From an uncultured virus (IMG/VR IMGVR_UViG_3300030329_003231) (lineage: Duplodnaviria; Heunggongvirae; Uroviricota; Caudoviricetes), in IMG/VR virus record IMGVR_UViG_3300030329_003231: DNA of 64,000 nucleotides. One strand, 5' to 3'. This document shows, piece after piece, positions 56,013-64,000 of the stretch. Positions within the stretch are counted from its first letter, which is position 1. The number at the start of each line of letters is the position of its first letter. The notes beneath the pieces were generated by a model. It made no database searches. It was not told the DNA's origin and saw only the letters and a list, made by a program, of their open reading frames with translations. The position numbers and the translations under genes are program-made.

Positions 56013-56641
56013 TCTTCCACAGATCCCACCAGAAGATTATCAGACATCTCCTTAGTTACAGGGAATAATATAATCGATCCTTGTGCATTATAAGACCGTC
56101 CAATATAATGAGTATTCTCAAACATCTCTTCAATAAATCCTATTCCATCTCCTCCATACTTCGACCTTTCATCCCAATTACCACCTTCAAAAGGACCATC
56201 CTCATAGATGCGAAGATCATCAATAACAAAAACATCATCCTTTACATCCCTACTCTGTATAATACTTTCCAATTCCCTTTTCAAGGGAAGTCTCTTGTCC
56301 ATATCTTTCTCATCACCATAAGAAGACAATCCAAAATCAGCACCAGGAAAATGAGCATCCATCCAGAATAAGGTATTCCCCTCAAAGGTAGGAAGGATTG
56401 TAGGAAGAATCTTAAAAGAAGTACCCAAATGCCAACTTACATCTTTAAGATACGAAAATTTAATTTTATTCTGATCAAATATTTCCTCAACTACTTCAAT
56501 GGTGTGAATATTTAAATCTTCATTTGCTTCATATACCGATCTCACAACCTCTGCTTGTCCAGTTCCTGTCTCTACAAAATTTTTAATGTCATAGTAATCT
56601 AAAACATTTTTAATTTTAATTGCTTGATTCAATTGACCCAT
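56009..56641 (-). CDS. Class I SAM-dependent methyltransferase-like protein
   Basis: FVETGT, HTIE, FWMDAH, VIDD. Confidence 0.65.
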   Translation of the reverse strand: MGQLNQAIKIKNVLDYYDIKNFVETGTGQAEVVRSVYEANEDLNIHTIEVVEEIFDQNKIKFSYLKDVSWHLGTSFKILPTILPTFEGNTLFWMDAHFPGADFGLSSYGDEKDMDKRLPLKRELESIIQSRDVKDDVFVIDDLRIYEDGPFEGGNWDERSKYGGDGIGFIEEMFENTHYIGRSYNAQGSIILFPVTKEMSDNLLVGSVEE

Positions 56642-57132
56642 TAGTGTTTCTCTCCAACTACAATAAAGGAATGGTTTAGATCTCTTTGACTACTAAAAAT
56701 ATTAGTATAACCGTTTTCTTTCATAAAATCAACTATTATTTCAGGAAAAAAAGCATGGCGATGCTTACGGTTATTCCATGGTCTCCAATACTTTTGATCA
56801 TGATGAGGAAGGTAAAGAAATAAAATCCCTCCATCACATAGTTTCTCAGTCCAATACAAAAGAGTACCTGCCCAATCAGGAACATGCTCTAAACAATGAC
56901 TAGAAAAAATATAATCTACCTGACCCTCCGGAAGATTATCTGCATGATATGGATCATCAAAGTCTAAATCAATAGGAGTTGAACCAGGTAATGACCACTC
57001 AGATTTCATACACCCAATATCATACCCCGTACCATTACAAAAATACTTGGCATAAGGAATAGCAAACTGAGCTGCATTACCATATGCCTGAAAGCCAGGA
57101 TACTTCTCACCTTTAAATTCTATGATCTGCAT
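56641..57132 (-). CDS. Methyltransferase (type 11-like)
   Basis: DIGC, DYIFSSHCLEH, GGILFLYLP. Confidence 0.8.
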   Translation of the reverse strand: MQIIEFKGEKYPGFQAYGNAAQFAIPYAKYFCNGTGYDIGCMKSEWSLPGSTPIDLDFDDPYHADNLPEGQVDYIFSSHCLEHVPDWAGTLLYWTEKLCDGGILFLYLPHHDQKYWRPWNNRKHRHAFFPEIIVDFMKENGYTNIFSSQRDLNHSFIVVGEKH

Positions 57133-57836
57133 AACATAGTATGGGGTTTTTTAAATAGATAATCAATCTGAGTTACATTTTCCTCGTCATGAGCATAGAT
57201 TACATACTCATCATAGGAAGTGTCAAGTACATCAATAATATAATTGATGGCAGTATTAACTGTGTAAATCTTCTTTGCCTTTTCTAATACCTTACACCAA
57301 TCAAATAGTGTAAATCCATCAAGAATTTGTAACTCGACAACTGGTAGATCAAATTGATCCTTAGAAATAAATTTACTATCCCTAATGTCAGTGTTGTAAA
57401 GATTACTGATGAAGACATACTCTGAATCATCTTTCAGTCCTAACACATTATAGTATAAATCATTCTCTTTATCAAGGTTCCTTTTAAATAAAAAGTAATC
57501 TCTCCAATCCTCATGCTCCATTCCAAGCATAGTAAGCTTAGAACTCATTGTCTTTCCATCATTATGAGTTAAATCTGCCGTTGCTGGACAAATAAAAGCA
57601 CCCTTATCCTCTATTACATATCCTGCCGCCTTATCATAGATATCTTTTCCTGGAAAGTCATCTTCTATTGTAGGAAAAGAAATACCATATCCCTTAATAT
57701 AATCACCAATCCATGCAATATCAGGTCTTAATGGCCATATAACCTCAAATCCATGATGTACCATATAGTGAGCAATCTTCTGGCAATAGAAGACATCTCC
57801 TATCCCTGCTGGTTGTTTAATTATACAAGGTTTCAT
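57120..57836 (-). CDS. Putative GT-B glycosyltransferase-like protein
   Basis: N-terminal QPAGIGD motif; island context. Confidence 0.45.
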   Translation of the reverse strand: MKPCIIKQPAGIGDVFYCQKIAHYMVHHGFEVIWPLRPDIAWIGDYIKGYGISFPTIEDDFPGKDIYDKAAGYVIEDKGAFICPATADLTHNDGKTMSSKLTMLGMEHEDWRDYFLFKRNLDKENDLYYNVLGLKDDSEYVFISNLYNTDIRDSKFISKDQFDLPVVELQILDGFTLFDWCKVLEKAKKIYTVNTAINYIIDVLDTSYDEYVIYAHDEENVTQIDYLFKKPHTMLCRS

Positions 57837-58207
57837 TGTTGATAATCAGGAAGAATCTTTTGCTCAGTGAAATTACTACCCGTATGCTTATTAATCCTTG
57901 CTTTTACATGAAATCTTTCATCGTTATTATAATAAACATCCCGTGCATGTTGAATAAACACATCATCAAACTGAGTATTCTTCTCACATAAACGAATACT
58001 ATCTTCTGTATCCCATATCTTTTGATTGACTGCTCTTAATTCATCAACCATTTCATCAGGAACATTTAATCCTTCAACTAAGGGTTTAAGATAATTAAGT
58101 TCTTTAAGAATTTGTTGTGTTTTCTCCTCACTATTAGAATTTTCTAATTTAATTTGAAGGATAGTAAGTTTATCTACTATCTCCCCGTTAGCGACTTCGA
58201 TTTTCAT
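57833..58207 (-). CDS. DUF6165-like protein
   Basis: GEIVDKLTILQIK...VNQKIWDTED...ARDVYYNNDERF...EQK. Confidence 0.7.
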   Translation of the reverse strand: MKIEVANGEIVDKLTILQIKLENSNSEEKTQQILKELNYLKPLVEGLNVPDEMVDELRAVNQKIWDTEDSIRLCEKNTQFDDVFIQHARDVYYNNDERFHVKARINKHTGSNFTEQKILPDYQQ

Positions 58208-59019
58208 AATGCAATAAATCCTGGTGTGTTATTTTGCCAATGGAATTGCTGTGATCCCATCTCCTGGTATTCACAATGCTTCTCCAAATACCCTTTACCC
58301 CAAATTTCATCTCCCATATTACCACCTTTGAACGGAGTATGTTCTTTATCCCTCCTTACAAATACCGAATCTCCTTGTCCCTCTCTCTGATAAGATGCAG
58401 ACATCTCTCTAAGAGTAAATCCTCTCTTATCCAACCATTTTACTATAGCATCATGAGTACATCCATTAAGATGCTTATCCTCAAAGGAAGTCTCCATATC
58501 AATCACATTAATATAATCAAGGTACTTTTCAAATCCCTCTAAGATATCCAACTCTGCTCCTTCGGCATCCATATTAAGAAAATCATATTCATTCATATCA
58601 ATATTATTCTCTTCTACTAAGGTAGAAAGAGATTTAGTCTTAACAGGAATAGAATTAACTTTACCAAATTCTGGTCTTCCTTGAAAGAAACTAGACCCTT
58701 CACGATCCATATAAAATTGTTTATCTTCCCCATCCGTATTAGTAATACACTCATTAAAAGCAGGAACTCCCCACTTATCTGCCATCGGTTTAGACATATA
58801 CTTATAGGTCCGTGGATCACCCTCGATTCCTATTATATTCTTACCTACTAATTTTGTGTAACAAAAAAGTTCACAGAAATCCCACAAACCAATATGTATT
58901 ACACCCTTAGGTTGAATATTAATACGTTCAAAAATACCCACATACTCTGCAGTGGGACTTATCTGAACTGCATATCCTGTCTCCGCATTATATGATGCAT
59001 AAGGTCCAAGTTGACTCAT
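58204..59019 (-). CDS. FkbM-family methyltransferase
   Basis: GVIHIG, IEG, FLNMDAEGAELDILEG. Confidence 0.8.
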   Translation of the reverse strand: MSQLGPYASYNAETGYAVQISPTAEYVGIFERINIQPKGVIHIGLWDFCELFCYTKLVGKNIIGIEGDPRTYKYMSKPMADKWGVPAFNECITNTDGEDKQFYMDREGSSFFQGRPEFGKVNSIPVKTKSLSTLVEENNIDMNEYDFLNMDAEGAELDILEGFEKYLDYINVIDMETSFEDKHLNGCTHDAIVKWLDKRGFTLREMSASYQREGQGDSVFVRRDKEHTPFKGGNMGDEIWGKGYLEKHCEYQEMGSQQFHWQNNTPGFIAL

Positions 59020-59029
59020 AATATATCTC

Positions 59030-59965
59030 CTAAGGTGTAATTAAATCTAATACTTTCACATCAAACTGTGAGATCTTAATATCTATATGATTTCTAGTGA
59101 AAGGTGTTTCACAGAGATGTGCATTGGGATACCCTGCTCTGGTTGGATCAGGCATAGTAGGATCCTCATAGTCAATAAAGAACATAACCTTTAAAAATCC
59201 AGCATATTTAAACAAATCAAATATACCAGATGCTTGTCCCATGACAACTAAATTCTTATGTCTTACTAAGTAATCCATCAAATCCTGCAATTCAAACTTA
59301 TCCAATGCTTCGGTACCTTCAAACGTCTTTTGATTCTTAAAGACATTGGTTTTCTTAGTCATATTAACAATGACTTTATAACCACGTTCCTTCATTTTAG
59401 TTACAATATTATCCCAGAAATTATCTGGTAATTGATAACTATCTCCACGTTCAGGGAATAAAATACAAGTCTTTTCTTCTATATCTTTTGTTGCTTTTAG
59501 ATCATAATCATATGCTTTTTGAAGAACTCCGGTTTGATGAATGTTACTACAAAAATCCCACATATTAAAAGACATATGAGCTACTTTTAATTTACCATAC
59601 TGATGAGCTTGTGCCATACATTTAGGATCTTGGGGGAAAAATCCATTACATGACATCACAATTTCATTTTGATCAAATGGATAACCCAGATAATCTTGAA
59701 AGTCATCAGGATAGATTACAATCTCATCACATTTAAGAGGAGAAGGACAGAAGTTATCAAGTATAAATCTAATACCATTATAGACTCTCTTCTGACACAA
59801 AATCTTATAAGGTACAGGAGAACGAGACTCTAAGAAAAGAGTAGCAGCCGTAGCATCTCCCATCCCCCATGCCATTAGATACCAATTTTCCCTCTGGTAT
59901 ACTGTCTTATCAAGAGCATGAGTTTCCTCATGATTAAGTTCTCTTACCTTTATTGACATGACCAC
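59030..59965 (-). CDS. Putative GT-B glycosyltransferase-like protein
   Basis: N-terminal GMGD motif and C-terminal SGIFDL; island context. Confidence 0.4.
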   Translation of the reverse strand: MVMSIKVRELNHEETHALDKTVYQRENWYLMAWGMGDATAATLFLESRSPVPYKILCQKRVYNGIRFILDNFCPSPLKCDEIVIYPDDFQDYLGYPFDQNEIVMSCNGFFPQDPKCMAQAHQYGKLKVAHMSFNMWDFCSNIHQTGVLQKAYDYDLKATKDIEEKTCILFPERGDSYQLPDNFWDNIVTKMKERGYKVIVNMTKKTNVFKNQKTFEGTEALDKFELQDLMDYLVRHKNLVVMGQASGIFDLFKYAGFLKVMFFIDYEDPTMPDPTRAGYPNAHLCETPFTRNHIDIKISQFDVKVLDLITP

Positions 59966-60849
59966 AAAATCTCCTCCAATTTCAAAAAGGTTTCCTGACT
60001 TACATGAGTATGTACATTAGTTGCTTTATAAAGAGTCCTATTATAAAAACATTCTAAGTCTGGTACATGAGGATTATCCTGCGTCTGAGTAATGAATGTC
60101 TTGTTCTCATTCATTACATTCTTATTCTGCATGGATATAGCCATGAAAGCACCAGAATTCCGTGCAATTATTATATCACAAAAAGTACTAAGATAGGAAT
60201 TATGAATTAAATCAGAAGGATGAGTTCCAAAGATAGAAGGGGTGTGAATGACATTATCATTCTCTACTTCTACACTTTCTTCATTCATATAATAATAATC
60301 CCACTCTGGATAGAGAGAAGATATATTAGAAATTCTATTCAACCAATCTTCATTATCAGTCTGTCCTGATCTTCCTTTTATATTAACAAAAAGAATCTTC
60401 TTCCGTGGATTATCACCAATCTTTTTAATAGAATCAATTGCTTCTTTATCTAAAAGACTCTCATAATCAAAGTCCAATCCAAGATCAGCAGGTATTTCTA
60501 TATCAAAATTATTATTCTTATAGACATGCTTCCAATAATATTTCTGAATGGAAATCATATCATAAGGATAAAATTCATCCAATGCTTCCTGTCCACCTAA
60601 ATGTAATTTTTCATAGACAGGATCACAAAAATGAGTGGGGATAATAAGATCACCACTTATTTCTTCTGTTGGAATTAAATTAGGAACTGCTTTAAGAAAA
60701 ATATCAGGATAGCGAGTCCCTTCCATCCCATGAACATATTGATAATATTCATTCTCAGGATACTTTTGAATCACCAAATTAAGAAAGGGGATTGTAATAA
60801 TAAAATCCCCTAGATGACCCTTAGTATGAAAACAAACCTTCATAATCAA
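59950..60849 (-). CDS. Putative GT-B (GT9-like) glycosyltransferase
   Basis: GHLGD motif, CDIIIARNSG. Confidence 0.45.
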   Translation of the reverse strand: MIMKVCFHTKGHLGDFIITIPFLNLVIQKYPENEYYQYVHGMEGTRYPDIFLKAVPNLIPTEEISGDLIIPTHFCDPVYEKLHLGGQEALDEFYPYDMISIQKYYWKHVYKNNNFDIEIPADLGLDFDYESLLDKEAIDSIKKIGDNPRKKILFVNIKGRSGQTDNEDWLNRISNISSLYPEWDYYYMNEESVEVENDNVIHTPSIFGTHPSDLIHNSYLSTFCDIIIARNSGAFMAISMQNKNVMNENKTFITQTQDNPHVPDLECFYNRTLYKATNVHTHVSQETFLKLEEILWSCQ

Positions 60850-61943
60850 ACAGGATGATGCATTACATTATCTGCACTTACCTGAGCATTGATCCATTCA
60901 TAGGTCTTACGAATACCTTCTTCCAAGGTCTGTGAATAATCCCATTCTAATTTCTCTCGAACTAGATCATTATTAGAATTACGTCCACGAACCCCCAAAG
61001 GACCATCTACATGTACCTTAGTGATGGGTTTACCCGCTACTCTTGCAGCAGTATCAGCAAGTTCATTAATAGTAACCATTTCCTCTGAACCAATATTAAC
61101 TGGTCCCATAAAATCACTATCCATTAAACGACGAGTTGCTTCAATACACTCATCAATGTATAAGAATGAACGAGTCTGCTCACCATCACCCCAAATCTCT
61201 ACCTCTCCACCACTAGCAGGAAGTTCCGCTACCTTACGGCACATTGCAGCAGGAGATTTTTCTCTACCACCTTTCCATGTTCCATCAGGACCAAATATAT
61301 TATGATACCTTGCAATACGAATAGGAATTCCATGGTTACGATGATAGGCAAGATAGATTCTCTCAGAAAATAATTTCTCCCAACCATATTCACTATCAGG
61401 ACCAGCAGGATATGCATCAGATTCTTTTAATCCTGGATTCTCTACCTCCATCTGAGCATACTCAGGATACATGCAAGCAGAACTAGAATAAAATATCTTA
61501 GTATGACGTTGCCTATCAACTGGAATCTGATTCCATCCATCCCCATATCTTTCTTGCAACTTCTTTAATGATTCAAGAATATTAAGATTCACACAAGCAG
61601 AGTTATGCATAATCTCTGCATCATTTTCACCAGAAAAGACAAATCCAGCACCACCCATATCCGCAGCGAACTGATAGATCTCATCAAAGGGTTCTGTATA
61701 TTGTTCTGGAACAGAATGATAAAAGTTTCCTTGATATCCAGCAAATCTAACTACTCGATCAACAAGTGTAGGATCAGTTAGATTACCCAGAATAAACTCA
61801 TCTGCTGCTGTCTCCGAATATTCAGGACTCTTAACATCCACACCCCGCACCCAATATCCATCCTTCTTTAATCTCCTAACCATATGACTGCCGATGAATC
61901 CACCAGCACCACATACAAGAGCAGTCTTTTGTCTTTCTACCAT
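60846..61943 (-). CDS. GDP-mannose 3,5-epimerase-like SDR
   Basis: GAGGFIGSH, FAADMGGAGF, SSACMYP, YGWEK, GGREKSPAA, GVRGRNS. Confidence 0.85.
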   Translation of the reverse strand: MVERQKTALVCGAGGFIGSHMVRRLKKDGYWVRGVDVKSPEYSETAADEFILGNLTDPTLVDRVVRFAGYQGNFYHSVPEQYTEPFDEIYQFAADMGGAGFVFSGENDAEIMHNSACVNLNILESLKKLQERYGDGWNQIPVDRQRHTKIFYSSSACMYPEYAQMEVENPGLKESDAYPAGPDSEYGWEKLFSERIYLAYHRNHGIPIRIARYHNIFGPDGTWKGGREKSPAAMCRKVAELPASGGEVEIWGDGEQTRSFLYIDECIEATRRLMDSDFMGPVNIGSEEMVTINELADTAARVAGKPITKVHVDGPLGVRGRNSNNDLVREKLEWDYSQTLEEGIRKTYEWINAQVSADNVMHHPV

Positions 61944-61988
61944 CTTTAATTTAACCTCAGAAAAATTTAATAAGCCTTGATATTTATA

Positions 61989-63146
61989 TTATACACCCAT
62001 AACTTCAATAAGTCTATCCACTTTCTTCTTATTAACAAACTGACTGTTACCAACATACAATCCGTTACGATGAAGAGTGCATACATTAGGATTTTCCCTC
62101 TCTGTACACAACTTATACTTATTAAATGCAGGGTGGCGAAGAAGATTGCCACTAATGATAGGACGATATTCAATTCCCTCCTCCTTTAATTTACCTTTAA
62201 GAATAGGAGTTAAACTTCCATCATGAGGAATGATAGGAAAGGAGAAACTACTATTTCCTTTTTGGAATTGAGGACAGTAATATTGATGTAAAGATGCTTT
62301 AGCCTTCACCCACCAATGAGCAAAGTTATCTCTACGAATAGCAATATTTTTATCCAATTTCTTCATCTGGGAGAGACCTAAAACCGCACATATCTCATGA
62401 TTACGAAGATTAAATCCTTCTGTCATGAATAAAAATGCGGGATCAACATCTGGATTCTCAGCAGAATACTTTTTAAATAATTCAGGAGAGGCTTCACGAG
62501 CCATACCATGACTTCTCTTCATACGCATCAACTGATATAGATCACTATTATTAGTACACACCATACCACCCTCAATAGTGGTTATATGATGCCCAAAATA
62601 GAAACTAAAAGTAGACCCAACAGAATCTCTACCTCTCTTCCCATTAGGTCCTTCTACCCCATGTGATTCACACACATCTTCCATAATAAGAGCATTAGGA
62701 AAGATCTCTTTAACCTTTTCTACATCCGATGAAAGACCAATAAGATGAGTAATAAAAACTGCTTTAATATCTGGATGCTGTTCTGCAATATATTTTAATT
62801 CTTCTTCATCGAATGAATAATTATCAAGATTAATATCACAAAAAATAGGTTCTAAATTTGCTTGAATAACAGGTGCGATATTAGTGACCCATGTACATGC
62901 AGGAACAAGAACTTTATCACCATCTTTCAACCCATAATGCTCCTTTATAGAAGAAACTAGTAATGTATTAGCAGTACTACCACTAGACACATACAACGAA
63001 TGCTTAACACCCAACCACTCTGACCATTTCTCTTCTAATTGACGAACCTTAGGACCATTAGTAAGTCTACTACTAGTCAAAATAAAGGCTGCCATCTTTA
63101 AACGGTCCTTCAAGGTAATGGTTTCTTCCATTAATGGCCAATACAT
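61989..63146 (-). CDS. DegT-family PLP enzyme of the 3-dehydratase type (ColD/E1-like)
   Basis: SSGSTAN, EDVCESHG, SFYFGHHITTIEGG (His where aminotransferases have Lys). Confidence 0.8.
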   Translation of the reverse strand: MYWPLMEETITLKDRLKMAAFILTSSRLTNGPKVRQLEEKWSEWLGVKHSLYVSSGSTANTLLVSSIKEHYGLKDGDKVLVPACTWVTNIAPVIQANLEPIFCDINLDNYSFDEEELKYIAEQHPDIKAVFITHLIGLSSDVEKVKEIFPNALIMEDVCESHGVEGPNGKRGRDSVGSTFSFYFGHHITTIEGGMVCTNNSDLYQLMRMKRSHGMAREASPELFKKYSAENPDVDPAFLFMTEGFNLRNHEICAVLGLSQMKKLDKNIAIRRDNFAHWWVKAKASLHQYYCPQFQKGNSSFSFPIIPHDGSLTPILKGKLKEEGIEYRPIISGNLLRHPAFNKYKLCTERENPNVCTLHRNGLYVGNSQFVNKKKVDRLIEVMGV

Positions 63147-64000
63147 TACTTTACCTCCAATTTGTAATAATCATAAGTGGAAGTAAGACCTTCCAACAAC
63201 CCATAAGTAGGGGTCCATCCCATGGAAAAAAGTTTTGAAGAGTCTAATAATCTCTTTGATACTCCTTCTGGTTTGGTAATATCCCATTCTATCTTACCAT
63301 CATATTCTACCACATCCGATATCATTTGTGCCACTTCTTTTATTGAATGATCCTCTCCTACCCCAATATTAATAGGTTCATTATCATTATAATTATTCAT
63401 TACAAATAATAATGCATCTGCCAGATCTTCAACATAGATAAATTCTCTTCGTGCATTTCCAGATCCCCAACAAATTACCTCAGAACTCCGAGTCTTCTTT
63501 GCTTTATGAAACTTTGTAATCAAAGCAGCCATTACATGTCCCTTAGACTCACTAAATTTATCCCTAGGACCATAAATGTTATTAGGTTGAACAGAAATAA
63601 AATTATCTCCACACTCTTTCTTATAGGCTTGACATAATTTTATCCCTGCAATCTTTGCAATACAATAAAATTCATTAGCAGGAGACAAATAATTAGAAAA
63701 TAATGATTCTTCCCTAATAGGTTGATCGCATTCCTGGGGATAGGTAGCAGCAGATCCTACAAATAAAAGTTTCTTTACCTTATAATTATGAGCATTCTTA
63801 ATAACATTACTTTGAATATCTAAATTGTCCTGTATATATCCAACAGGATTATGAATATTAGATTGAACTCCTCCACATGAAGCAGCACATAAAAAAACAT
63901 AATCAGGTCTTTCTTTTTCAAAAAAATCTTTAACCTGAGAAGAATCTCTTAAATCTACTTCACTACTTGTTTTAAGAATAAGGTTTCTATATCCTTCTTC
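63146..64000 (-). CDS. GDP-L-fucose synthase-like (Fcl/WcaG) protein, 5' end outside the window
   Basis: Open to the right edge: DLRD...PDYVFLCAA..GG..SN...YCIAK...PNNIYGP...HV...WGSGNARREF. Confidence 0.85.
   Translation of the reverse strand, partial: EEGYRNLILKTSSEVDLRDSSQVKDFFEKERPDYVFLCAASCGGVQSNIHNPVGYIQDNLDIQSNVIKNAHNYKVKKLLFVGSAATYPQECDQPIREESLFSNYLSPANEFYCIAKIAGIKLCQAYKKECGDNFISVQPNNIYGPRDKFSESKGHVMAALITKFHKAKKTRSSEVICWGSGNARREFIYVEDLADALLFVMNNYNDNEPINIGVGEDHSIKEVAQMISDVVEYDGKIEWDITKPEGVSKRLLDSSKLFSMGWTPTYGLLEGLTSTYDYYKLEVK

Noticed and set aside
42347..62189. Short alternative-frame and antisense ORFs within the glycan island
   Set aside because: All lie within well-supported genes; no motif or codon shift noticed
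1..64000. tRNA genes, IS elements, integrase, diversity-generating retroelement
   Set aside because: No cloverleaf, transposase, recombinase or reverse transcriptase motifs seen by eye; tRNAscan-SE and HMM searches would be needed to exclude them formally

Overview
AT-rich segment of a T4-like marine cyanomyovirus. A Prochlorococcus-infecting, P-SSM2-like phage is the best fit (psbA without adjacent psbD, several hli genes, purN/purC, large sugar island). Most genes are on the - strand. 1-18.1 kb: baseplate/tail module (large PA14-like structural protein, split gp5, tape-measure-like proteins, gp51, gp26, gp54-like, gp4, gp2, gp48, gp53) with a His-rich CP12-like gene inside it. 18.1-31 kb: core replication/transcription genes (gp32, gp59, gp33, exonuclease, phoH, thyX, glutaredoxin) mixed with four 2OG-Fe(II) oxygenases, purN, purC and a host-like nitrogen-control module (NtcA box, tandem glutamine riboswitch, DUF4278 peptide). 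31-32.4 kb: psbA with a PhotoRC-II-type leader RNA. 32.5-35.4 kb: four-gene cassette of exported proteins whose third gene overlaps both neighbours by about 300 nt. 35.4-41.7 kb: small membrane proteins, SNase-type nuclease, NifU/NfuA, three hli genes and a small outer-membrane beta-barrel with a structured leader. 41.8-64 kb: contiguous nucleotide-sugar/glycosyltransferase/methyltransferase island of about 29 genes. No tRNA, CRISPR array, intron or IS element was recognised. All family calls come from motif recognition by eye; no database searches were run.
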